Positions 48,288 to 57,480 of a stretch of DNA of 64,000 nucleotides are shown piece after piece. The position numbers and the translations under genes were made by a program. Position 1 is the stretch's first letter. The number at the start of each line of letters is the position of its first letter. Origin of the DNA: a virus; the IMG/VR virus record IMGVR_UViG_3300032053_000045, positions 1-64,000 of that record. One strand, given 5' to 3'. The notes under the pieces were generated by a model that was not told where the DNA came from, made no database searches, and saw nothing but the letters and a program-made list of their open reading frames with translations.

Positions 48288-51200
48288 ATGACTAAATTGC
48301 CAAAACAATCTCGTCATCAAAGAATCTCTAAATTAGGAAAACCATTCCAAGCAGGAAGTGGAGAAAAGCTTTTAAAAGAGAATGATTATCTATATCATGC
48401 AACTTATAGACCACTTTTAAACAAAATTAAAAAAGAAGGATTACAAGGTGGAAAAAGAAAAAATTATGAAGATTCCGCGACAAATAAAGTGTATTTAGAT
48501 AAAACTCCGGAGGGAGCAGAGTCGTATGCAGAAACTTCCGACACCATTCCTGAAGAATGGCTTGATCAAATAGTAATTTTGAAGATACCTAAAAATAAGT
48601 TAAATAAAAAATTACTTAATGTAGATAAAAATGTATTGCAAACTGATGACGAAGAGGCACAAACATTTGAATATAGTGATACAATTTCTCCTCAATTATT
48701 AAGTGAGTACAAAAAAGATAGTGAAAAAATGAATTTAAATAAATCATATAAAATACCTTCTTCAATTGAAAAAAGTAGTAAACTAAGTAATACCATACTT
48801 CCATTTCCCCGGATGATTATGCAACCTCCAAAAGAGGGGGCCGTCGATCCTATAATGAAATTACCTAATGGGAGACAGATTACAATTAAACTACCTAAAG
48901 AAAAAAGACAAAATTTATCTTCTGAGAAATCTCTACCTAAAGCTCTGAGCTCGAAACCTGTGAAAGTTAATAAACTTCCTTTGCAGGGAGAGATTATTTC
49001 TAAATCATTGCTTCCGAAAATTATTAAACCTTCAACCACGAAAGCGTGGACTGGTAAAAAATCTCCTACAGGAGCAAAAAAAATGCCAGGAATATCTCGT
49101 TCTGGGAAAGTTTCTGGAGCCACAGGAACGGGAATTCCTAAAGGTACAAGTGCCCCATCTAAAACTGGTCAAACAGGTAGTGGAGAAAGAGCGGGACACA
49201 AATATGTTAAACGTGAAGGCACTCCTGGAGCTTATAAATATTGGTATAGGCTACCTAATGGAAAACTTGGAACTAAAAAACAATTAAATGAAGCGGTCAA
49301 ACAAAAAGAATCAGCTGGGGTAAAAGGTGTAAAGCCAGTTGAAACAGTAAAGAAAAAACCAATCGAGAAGCCTTCTAAACTTCCCAGTGGTAAAAAAGAA
49401 GTTTCTAAATTACCTAAGGCTAAAGAAGTAACTCCTAAAATTGAAACTAAAGAAGTTGTTCCAGAAGCATATAATAAAATTTTTCCAACTGTCCCAAAAG
49501 AACAAAAAGCCGGGATGTTTTCCAAGGTCAAAGACGTTTTAGGTAACATCGCCGGAAAAATTAAAGATTTTGTTAATTCGACAGCTGGTAAAAGAAGTGA
49601 AGAACAAGAAGACGCACTTACAAAAGAAGTTCAAAGACTTTATGACATGTTATATATGATGTCTACTCTTGATAAATTTATGGTCGAAACAAAAGCTGGT
49701 AAAAAAATCGCTAAAGAATTCAAATTTAGTAAAGAGAAAATTGATTCGATGAATTCTATTACTGATTTAGACAATTTAATGAATGAGGCAAAAGATCCTG
49801 AAAAACCTCAGGCGGAACAAGTGGTTCATAAAATTCAAAAAAGAATTAATTTCCTATCGAAATTAGAGGCTGATCAACAGGATGAAGAAAGCAAGAAGAA
49901 GTTCCAAAAAGATGTAGAAATTGTTTCTGATCCTAAAAATAGAGTTTCTGCCTCTACGATAAAGAAAGTTCAAATAAGCCCTTCTGCGAAAATTAAATCA
50001 GAGGTTAATAAGGCATCTAGTGATTATTTATTAAAATTAGTAAATAAAAAAAGAACTGTTCCGTTTAAAACAGCTGATGATTATTTTAATCATAATAAAA
50101 AATTAATTGAGTCTACTTTAAAGAAAACCTCAGATATTTCAAAAGGTTATGTAATCGATCCGAAAACTGGAATCGTTACTTTCTCTGATAATAAAAAAGC
50201 TGAAGAAGCAGCAAAGCAGTTAAGGAAATATAAAACTGTTATTTTTAGAGATTCAGAAGATCCCAAAACACTCAAAAAACAAATAGTATTTTCTAAAGTT
50301 GGGGATGAGAGTATATTATCCCCCATGAATTCTTCTTATTTGGATGCAGCTCAAGCGATAGCAAATAAGTCAAAAAATGGGTCATCGACAGCGTGGGTTC
50401 CGTTAGGATTTGATGGTAAAACTTTTACACTCAAACCATCTGACGGAAGTGAAGACGCGGAAACTTCTTCATTGACATTTGCTATGCCGGGTGTTGGAAA
50501 ATCTGTAAATATTAGAGGAACTACATTAGCTTCATTGATGGGCAATCCGGAAGGCACATACAAAGCTGTAATAGTTGATCCGTCAAGCAGTATATTTACA
50601 GAATTGGATAAAAATGATAGTGAATTAACTCCAGAAGAACGGACAACAAAAGCTACATTACAACATTATACTGACAAAGGTCTTCTAACTATTATAACGC
50701 CAAAAAGTGTAACTGGTAAAGATGAATTAGGTGATGATAATTCACGACAATTTATGGAAGCGGTGTTAGATAAAATAAACAAGGATAGGACACTACAAAC
50801 TGCAAGAAGAACATCTCAAAATTTGGATAATCTTGCATCCAGTTCTAATGTTGAACCTACTGTACATTATCAAATAGATGAGTTAAATAAAATGGCTCTG
50901 TTGAATATTCCTAAGGATTTAAAAGAAAAATTTGGGGCGTCATTATCTGCTGGTATTAACGACACAGCAAGAAAAGGAAAAATGATTTTTCATGGCTATG
51001 GCCAATCACCAGAAGGATTATCGGATTCAATAAAAGGCGCTAATTGGAAACGAATTGAAAGTATGGGGAGGGCGAATGACAGAGTAATAGCATCAACTTT
51101 TAAAATAAAAGGCGGTCCGGAAATGATTCGTAGAACCCCTGAGAATGGAATTATTAGTATTGACAGAGGAACTGGCGGCACCGAATATTTTCAAAAACCA

Positions 51201-51308
51201 GTTGGTGGATCCGCTGTAGAGGGGGCAATGGCTCAAACTCCTGTGAGTACCAAGTCATCTCTGCCTAAAGCAAAAATCAACAAGGTTCCTAAACAGGCGA
51301 AAACTTAA
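48288..51308 (+). CDS. large multidomain protein: ART/Tpt1-like N-terminal domain, K/P-rich linker, degenerate P-loop (FtsK/HerA-like) C-terminus
   Basis: LYHAT..I.KEGL..VYL..A..YA; AMPGVGKS..IVDP..YQIDE..ARK; N-terminal HQRISKLGKPFQAG motif. Confidence 0.5.
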   Translation: MTKLPKQSRHQRISKLGKPFQAGSGEKLLKENDYLYHATYRPLLNKIKKEGLQGGKRKNYEDSATNKVYLDKTPEGAESYAETSDTIPEEWLDQIVILKIPKNKLNKKLLNVDKNVLQTDDEEAQTFEYSDTISPQLLSEYKKDSEKMNLNKSYKIPSSIEKSSKLSNTILPFPRMIMQPPKEGAVDPIMKLPNGRQITIKLPKEKRQNLSSEKSLPKALSSKPVKVNKLPLQGEIISKSLLPKIIKPSTTKAWTGKKSPTGAKKMPGISRSGKVSGATGTGIPKGTSAPSKTGQTGSGERAGHKYVKREGTPGAYKYWYRLPNGKLGTKKQLNEAVKQKESAGVKGVKPVETVKKKPIEKPSKLPSGKKEVSKLPKAKEVTPKIETKEVVPEAYNKIFPTVPKEQKAGMFSKVKDVLGNIAGKIKDFVNSTAGKRSEEQEDALTKEVQRLYDMLYMMSTLDKFMVETKAGKKIAKEFKFSKEKIDSMNSITDLDNLMNEAKDPEKPQAEQVVHKIQKRINFLSKLEADQQDEESKKKFQKDVEIVSDPKNRVSASTIKKVQISPSAKIKSEVNKASSDYLLKLVNKKRTVPFKTADDYFNHNKKLIESTLKKTSDISKGYVIDPKTGIVTFSDNKKAEEAAKQLRKYKTVIFRDSEDPKTLKKQIVFSKVGDESILSPMNSSYLDAAQAIANKSKNGSSTAWVPLGFDGKTFTLKPSDGSEDAETSSLTFAMPGVGKSVNIRGTTLASLMGNPEGTYKAVIVDPSSSIFTELDKNDSELTPEERTTKATLQHYTDKGLLTIITPKSVTGKDELGDDNSRQFMEAVLDKINKDRTLQTARRTSQNLDNLASSSNVEPTVHYQIDELNKMALLNIPKDLKEKFGASLSAGINDTARKGKMIFHGYGQSPEGLSDSIKGANWKRIESMGRANDRVIASTFKIKGGPEMIRRTPENGIISIDRGTGGTEYFQKPVGGSAVEGAMAQTPVSTKSSLPKAKINKVPKQAKT

Positions 51309-51311
51309 AAC

Positions 51312-52115
51312 ATGACAACGCCAGGACAACAAGCTTTTGGTGGAAGAATTAATGTCGTTGCTAATCAGCTCGAACGAGGCGGGATGCCGGCCGTTGTTTA
51401 TGCTCCGACAAAATGTGAACTTGCTATTTATCCGGTTGTCGACGAAGTTCATCAGTTAATTCCTCGAACTTATAGCACTGATGATTACTGTACTTTGACT
51501 GGTGAAGAATCAATAATTGGTGCAACAACGGATTGGACAGCCCCTGACACAAAAATAAAATTAAGAAGTGTGACAGTGAAAAATGTTGATAAAACAATAA
51601 CATATATTGAGAGCTCAACCGGTGATTATACAGTTGATTATGAGGCTGGAGAGATTATTAGAAATGATGTAAGTAGAATTCCCGTAGGAAGTAGTATTAG
51701 TGTATCATATAGATGGCAAGAACCTTGTTTAAATCCCGAAACTGGAGCTCCAAGACCGGATTGTCCAATTTGTGGAGGGAATGGAGTTATATATACTTTG
51801 GCCGCTAACATTATAGGGTTGTTTCATATACCAAATTATGACAGTCAATTAGCTAAAGTTGGTTATTTTGAAATAGGAGATGCCTTTTTCACGACATCAT
51901 CTACTTATAATTTTGGGGCCGGTGGAGATGGAACTGGAAATTTATATACAAGAGATATTTTGGTCATCAATGATGGAACAATTGACCAAGTATGGAGAGT
52001 TTTAGCAAAGCCCAACACAATACAATTGGCCGGAGAATATCTTGCTAAAAAACTTCATATAAGAAAAATCAAAGAGGGTGAAACTATTACTGATTTGATT
52101 CAAGGTTCTACATAA
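51312..52115 (+). CDS. neck/head-closure protein
   Basis: PRPDCPICGGNG; position. Confidence 0.55.
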   Translation: MTTPGQQAFGGRINVVANQLERGGMPAVVYAPTKCELAIYPVVDEVHQLIPRTYSTDDYCTLTGEESIIGATTDWTAPDTKIKLRSVTVKNVDKTITYIESSTGDYTVDYEAGEIIRNDVSRIPVGSSISVSYRWQEPCLNPETGAPRPDCPICGGNGVIYTLAANIIGLFHIPNYDSQLAKVGYFEIGDAFFTTSSTYNFGAGGDGTGNLYTRDILVINDGTIDQVWRVLAKPNTIQLAGEYLAKKLHIRKIKEGETITDLIQGST

Positions 52116-52651
52116 TGCCAATTTTAAAAAAAGACGCTTTGTGGTTTAGATTTAACAAATTAACTCATGAAGAAAGAAGAAAGTTAAGTAGAGTTGTTGA
52201 GGATGGAGCAAAAGATATGGTAAAATCAGTTCAAAACATGATAACTGATGTTGGAATTAAAACCAGGACTGGTAATTTAAAAAAAGCCGTTAAATATCAA
52301 ATGACAAGCATGCTTCATGCAAAAATATATGTTGACGCCAAAGAGGCTCCTTATGCAGAATATTTAGAAGAGGGATATTCTCCATTTGATCTCAAAAGTG
52401 GACTTTTCAATAGTCCTAAGGCAAAAACTTCTAAAAAAGGAAATAGATATATTCGTGTTCCAATTGGCGGAAAAATTGTTACACTTTCAGAAAGTAAACA
52501 ATATACAAAAGCTGGAAAAATAAGTAAAAGATTCCCAAGCTCATGGAGACATCCAGGATATACAGGAAAATTATTTTTTAAACAGGGTATCGAAGAAATA
52601 GAACCACACATCGTTTCGAGAATAGAAGATTTCATGAAGGAGAAAACTTAA
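52115..52651 (+). CDS. HK97 gp10-like neck/tail protein
   Basis: RTGNLKK, APYAEYLEEG..PFDLK, W.HPG. Confidence 0.65.
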   Translation: MPILKKDALWFRFNKLTHEERRKLSRVVEDGAKDMVKSVQNMITDVGIKTRTGNLKKAVKYQMTSMLHAKIYVDAKEAPYAEYLEEGYSPFDLKSGLFNSPKAKTSKKGNRYIRVPIGGKIVTLSESKQYTKAGKISKRFPSSWRHPGYTGKLFFKQGIEEIEPHIVSRIEDFMKEKT

Positions 52652-53190
52652 TGGCACTGACAGACGTTAAAGCAATTTTATATAAAGTAATGAATGATGA
52701 ATTTGCAAAGAGAAATTTGGACATTAAAGTAACCAGAGCTTATCCAAAAGTCGTTGAACAGGTCCAGCAAAAACCAGTTATTTCAATTGCGAGGGTTAGT
52801 GGAGCAGAAGAAATAATGATGGTCGCAGATTTGATTTCAAATGCTGTTCTTAATGATTCTTATTCAGAGACTCTTGGGTATCTTAATCAAGAAATTTATG
52901 AATTAAGCATCTGGACAACAATATCAGAAATGCGTGATGACTTGATGATCCTTTTAAGACAAATTTTATTTGAAAATAGACTGTTATTTAATTCTTATGG
53001 TTTTCAAAAAATGGTATTAGTTGGATGTACCGATGAAGAACTTGATGTATCAAAAATTCCATTAACAATTTATCGAGGAGTTTTGAGATTTTTGATCATG
53101 AGTAAAGTTAGAGTTGTAAACTTAGATCAGTTAGTAGAGCAGATATTGCCAAATCTTTTGCTATACAGTCAGACGACAGAGCCAGAATAG
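52651..53190 (+). CDS. tail completion/terminator protein (putative)
   Basis: Size and position upstream of the sheath. Confidence 0.5.
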   Translation: MALTDVKAILYKVMNDEFAKRNLDIKVTRAYPKVVEQVQQKPVISIARVSGAEEIMMVADLISNAVLNDSYSETLGYLNQEIYELSIWTTISEMRDDLMILLRQILFENRLLFNSYGFQKMVLVGCTDEELDVSKIPLTIYRGVLRFLIMSKVRVVNLDQLVEQILPNLLLYSQTTEPE

Positions 53191-53210
53191 ATTTGTAAGG
53201 AGGTTAAATA

Positions 53211-53468
53211 ATGAGCGAGAACACACAAGAAAAGAAAATAGTTGATAAAGATATGCCCAATGAAGAAATAAAAATTAAAGATAAGAAGCATGAAGAGGTA
53301 AAACAACCTGTATCAAAAATGAATTTTGCTGAATATAAACTTAATTTAAAGCCAGAATTATCGGCAGCACTAAAAGTATACGCCGATGTTAAGCATGATA
53401 TGGAAGAAAAAACAAAAGAAGAATGGGATAGTTTATTTGACAAAATGCAAAATAGAAAAATTGGATAA
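53211..53468 (+). CDS. hypothetical protein
   Basis: RBS; precedes the sheath. Confidence 0.55.
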   Translation: MSENTQEKKIVDKDMPNEEIKIKDKKHEEVKQPVSKMNFAEYKLNLKPELSAALKVYADVKHDMEEKTKEEWDSLFDKMQNRKIG

Positions 53469-53490
53469 ATAAAAATTAAGGAGGAACAAA

Positions 53491-54888
53491 ATGGTTACTT
53501 TTCAAGGACGCAGTTATAAGCAACCAGGGTCGTACTCATACACCGACCCCACAGCATTGGTCGGAGTTGGTTTAGGAACAGGTGGAGTAGTTGCTATCAT
53601 AGGTACTGCAACTGGTGGACGGCCAGGTCAAGTTACTTTATTTTCGGATCCAGTTTCTGCAAAAAATGCATATAGGGGTGGAAATTTAATAAACGCCGCA
53701 AATTATGCTTGGGCAGCTGGAGCAAATTTAATTTATTTAACACGCCCAGGAAATCCTCTTCAAGCATCATTGTTACTTAATGCTACCGGCCCTGCAGCTT
53801 GTATCACTGCCACTTCAATTGATTATGGTTCTTGGTGTAATAGTATTCAAACAAAAGTAGAAAATGCTACATCTGGTCCAACGAATTGCAAAATTACGGT
53901 TCAATATTATAATACATCAACTGGACAAACAACGACTGAAGTTGCTGATGAAATGGCTACTGGCACTGCTATTATAGCGTATTGGGCGGCTAATTATCCT
54001 CAAGGATTAGTTGCATTTACAGGAGGAGTAGCTGTTGCGAATCGTCCATTGAATATTGTATTTACTCCATTAGCGAGTGGAACCGATGATTTAACCCCGT
54101 TAGCGGCAGCATGGCAAACGGCAATTGATTTTTATAATAAATATGAAGTTAATCTTATGCATCCTGCCGGTTGTGAGGACGCTGTGACTCAAGCCTATTT
54201 GTTAGCACATTGTATTACAAATTCAAATAATAGAAAAGAAAGAATTTGTATTGTCGGAGGTCCGGCTTCTGAAACAGCAACTCAATCAACGACAAGAGCC
54301 GTTAATCTTAATAGTAGCAGAGCCGTATTTGTTGCCCCGGGAACTGACAGCGAATCCGGAACAATGACAGCAGCCAGAATTACTGGTATGCTTGCTGGAG
54401 TTGATGTTGCTACAGCGTTAACACATCAAACAATTCAAGCGTCTACTGTTGCTGTAAAATATACAGACACGGAAAAAGATAGTTTAATAACACTTGGTGT
54501 TTGTGCAATTGAAGAAGTTCCACAGGGAAAAAGAGTTTTAAGATCAATTACTACAGCCCAAGATTTATCTACGACTCAAGAAAATCCGTTCAAAGAAATT
54601 TCAATTCAAAGAATTGCCGATTATGTTAATTACAATATGAGAACCAATTTAGAAACTGCATTTGTCGGGAAAAAGGGAGTCACGGGAATTGAGGCCTCAA
54701 TAAATGCTTCAACGACTTCTATTTTGGTAAGACTAAGAGAAGCAGAAATTATTCAAGGATTTAGAAATGTTAATGTTAAAAGAGATACAAGTAATCCACA
54801 AATAGTTTATGTGAGTTATGAAGTTGCCCCTATCAGCCCGATCAATTTCATTCTAATTACTACCCGGCTAGTTCCCATAATTGCATAA
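53491..54888 (+). CDS. tail sheath protein
   Basis: PGSYS, VAIIGTATGG.P, R.ITT, EISIQRIADY, FVGK, PISPINFI. Confidence 0.9.
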   Translation: MVTFQGRSYKQPGSYSYTDPTALVGVGLGTGGVVAIIGTATGGRPGQVTLFSDPVSAKNAYRGGNLINAANYAWAAGANLIYLTRPGNPLQASLLLNATGPAACITATSIDYGSWCNSIQTKVENATSGPTNCKITVQYYNTSTGQTTTEVADEMATGTAIIAYWAANYPQGLVAFTGGVAVANRPLNIVFTPLASGTDDLTPLAAAWQTAIDFYNKYEVNLMHPAGCEDAVTQAYLLAHCITNSNNRKERICIVGGPASETATQSTTRAVNLNSSRAVFVAPGTDSESGTMTAARITGMLAGVDVATALTHQTIQASTVAVKYTDTEKDSLITLGVCAIEEVPQGKRVLRSITTAQDLSTTQENPFKEISIQRIADYVNYNMRTNLETAFVGKKGVTGIEASINASTTSILVRLREAEIIQGFRNVNVKRDTSNPQIVYVSYEVAPISPINFILITTRLVPIIA

Positions 54889-54916
54889 AAAATATTAATA
54901 AAGGGAGGGGAAATTA

Positions 54917-55489
54917 ATGGTTGTTTCATTTGACCCAACTTGGACTTCAGTAACAGCAGAAATAGACTTTTTAGGTCAATCAGTTGGCGAACTGCAAGAT
55001 TTTACGGTCGATGAACAGTTCAATGTTCAAAGAATGATTGCAATTGGATCGCCAGTTGATATAAAACATGTTCCTGGAATCTATCAAGCAAACATCACAT
55101 CTCGAAGAGCATTTCTTGACATGAATATTTTATTCTCCGCAATGACAACTCTTGATGCGTCACAGATTCCTGCATCAGGGTTAGTTACTTCAACAGGGAC
55201 CAGTTCTACTGTTGATATCGATGCTTTAAAAGCTGCAATACAAAATACAACTCTTGCCACCGGAATGGTTATAGCTTCATTAGATTTTGACATTGTATTA
55301 TATGAAAAATTGCTGGATCCTACAACGAAAGTCGCCACAAAATCTCATAAATATACATTCAATAGTTGTACCGTTGGAAGCAGAAATATGACAATGTCTT
55401 CTGGCAATATAATCTTAATGGAAAATGTCACAATACTCGCAAGGTCAAGAAGTATGGGTTCTGGAATATCCGGTGAAGGAGTTTTATAG
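54917..55489 (+). CDS. tail tube protein
   Basis: Follows the sheath; VGELQ..E.F.V....IGS....VPG. Confidence 0.75.
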   Translation: MVVSFDPTWTSVTAEIDFLGQSVGELQDFTVDEQFNVQRMIAIGSPVDIKHVPGIYQANITSRRAFLDMNILFSAMTTLDASQIPASGLVTSTGTSSTVDIDALKAAIQNTTLATGMVIASLDFDIVLYEKLLDPTTKVATKSHKYTFNSCTVGSRNMTMSSGNIILMENVTILARSRSMGSGISGEGVL

Positions 55490-55495
55490 TAACAA

Positions 55496-56086
55496 ATGGT
55501 CAATGAAGTTTCACAATTTATAACGTCAACAACAGTAAACATACTGTTTGATGATTATATAATAGGGGAGCTACAAAACTTTTCAGCATCAGAAGACTTT
55601 GGTGTTGCAGAGGTTTACGGTGTGGGCTCCCCTATTCCAAACTTCATGCCAGGAAATTATTCGGGAAATATAACGGCTCGAAAAGGGTTTATTGATCCAA
55701 ATGCTTTTTTTACAAAATTTCATCCATTTGGAAACAAAATAGAGACGAATAACATTCCAAGTATTAATTCTTTAGTCAATGGGTTTGCTAACTTCCTTAG
55801 AAGTCCAAACACGATTGGGACCATCAATGATGCGATAGTAAATTATGCCATAAGGAATCCAATATCTTCTTCACTTGTTTTTCCTGCAGATAATGAGAGA
55901 AAAACATCAATGATATTCTTTGATATCAAGCTTGCTTATAACGGAATGTCTCCCTCTGGTGGAGTCGAACAAAAAATTATCAATATATACAAAGATTGCA
56001 TAATTACCAGCAGGAAAATAATAGTTGACACCACCAATATAATTATAATGGAAGATATTACTATTAAATTTAGGCAGAGGATATAG
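55496..56086 (+). CDS. tail tube-like paralogue 2
   Basis: IGELQ...EDFGV..V.GVGSP..MPG..C.I.SR..IIMEDITI. Confidence 0.65.
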   Translation: MVNEVSQFITSTTVNILFDDYIIGELQNFSASEDFGVAEVYGVGSPIPNFMPGNYSGNITARKGFIDPNAFFTKFHPFGNKIETNNIPSINSLVNGFANFLRSPNTIGTINDAIVNYAIRNPISSSLVFPADNERKTSMIFFDIKLAYNGMSPSGGVEQKIINIYKDCIITSRKIIVDTTNIIIMEDITIKFRQRI

Positions 56087-56785
56087 ATGAGGGAACAAAT
56101 TTTTGTTAGTCCTAAAAACGTAGTTATTACTTTTGCAGAAGCAGAGGTAGGACATCTGCAGTCTTTGACTATCTCTGAAAGATATAATCTTCAGCCGATA
56201 AAGCATCTTTGGCAATCTACGGTTGTTGGATTTGTTCCAGGTATATCTGAATTTAGCGCAACAGCATCGAAGGCTTACATTGAATATAGTAGCTTTCTTG
56301 GTACAGTTCAAGATATTGTTAACACGATCAACACAATGAAGAATGCAAATACTACATGGGAGAGTGTAACAGGAGTTAATATTGCAGACAAGATCTACTC
56401 TTCAATATCAAGTGGTATATCATCAAGTGTCGATTGGTTGGCCCAAGGAAAATTAAAAATAAATTCTCCTATTCAGATTCCCTCAAGTGTGCTGACTTTG
56501 TTTGATAACATTTTAAATGGAGTTGCGTCATTAGGCGAAATATTTTCTTCAGTTGCTTTTGATATTAAAGTCAAAAATCCCGCTATTCAAAGCAATTTAT
56601 TTGCTTCAGGTTCTACTTTAGGAATGCCTGATTTGTGGGTATTGAGAGGTTGTCAAATTGATTCAAGAAATATAAATATTTCGGCCGGTAATGTTGTGAT
56701 TTTAGAAGATATAACTATTAAAGCCAAAAATAATTATGACAGCGGTATTTCGACAGCAGTTAATGGGTATGTTCCGTTAATATAA
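56087..56785 (+). CDS. tail tube-like paralogue 3
   Basis: VGHLQ...E.Y...VPG..C.I.SR..GNVVILEDITI. Confidence 0.65.
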   Translation: MREQIFVSPKNVVITFAEAEVGHLQSLTISERYNLQPIKHLWQSTVVGFVPGISEFSATASKAYIEYSSFLGTVQDIVNTINTMKNANTTWESVTGVNIADKIYSSISSGISSSVDWLAQGKLKINSPIQIPSSVLTLFDNILNGVASLGEIFSSVAFDIKVKNPAIQSNLFASGSTLGMPDLWVLRGCQIDSRNINISAGNVVILEDITIKAKNNYDSGISTAVNGYVPLI

Positions 56786-56802
56786 AGTAAGGAGGTATTG
56801 TT

Positions 56803-57234
56803 ATGGCAGAGGAACAAAAAGTATTAGATAAAAAAAATGATGAAAAGATAGCGAAGATAATTATGGGTAAAGATTATACAGGTGTTATAAAGCTTAGAGA
56901 ATATGAATTTGAAATACACGGGCTGAGCATTGAGGATCAGATTAAAAGTATTGTGAAGTCAAAAAATCTAAGAAAAGATCTTGAACAGGAAGATGATAAT
57001 ATTTCGTCATTAACAGATATGTTAGCAACATTGGAATGTGCAGTTGGGAATATATACAAGGTAAATTCAACCGGTGAAAAAACAAAATTACAAGGAAGTT
57101 TTTTGGATAATTTTAAAAGCAACAGAAATCCAAGATTATTTAATGATATTGTTATTCCTTTATTTCAGAAATACGTTGAATTTGTTTCAGAATTAAGTAT
57201 TTCCTTGGAGGACAGAGAAATAAAAAACGGATAG
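56803..57234 (+). CDS. tail assembly chaperone (G-like)
   Basis: Lies between tube and tape measure; ends in slippery A AAA AAC. Confidence 0.7.
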   Translation: MAEEQKVLDKKNDEKIAKIIMGKDYTGVIKLREYEFEIHGLSIEDQIKSIVKSKNLRKDLEQEDDNISSLTDMLATLECAVGNIYKVNSTGEKTKLQGSFLDNFKSNRNPRLFNDIVIPLFQKYVEFVSELSISLEDREIKNG

Positions 57235-57479
57235 CGGCAGGTTTAGGGTATATGTATTATATTGCGATGAAAACGATTAATTCATATCCATGGCCTGCCG
57301 GAGAAATAACTCTTTCACAATTACAATATTTGATAATATGTCAAGGAATAGAAAAAGAAATTTTAGAAGGAAAACAACCACAATTTGCCAATAGTGAATT
57401 TGATCAACGATTAAAAGAAGCACAAATACGCGGAGAAGAACTTAGAAAATCTGGAAAAAACATAAACATAAACTTATAA
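57228..57479 (+). CDS. tail assembly chaperone extension (T-like), reached by -1 frameshift
   Basis: The -1 frame is open from the slip site (RIAAGLGY-MYYIA..). Confidence 0.65.
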   Translation, partial: RIAAGLGYMYYIAMKTINSYPWPAGEITLSQLQYLIICQGIEKEILEGKQPQFANSEFDQRLKEAQIRGEELRKSGKNININL

Positions 57480-57480
57480 A

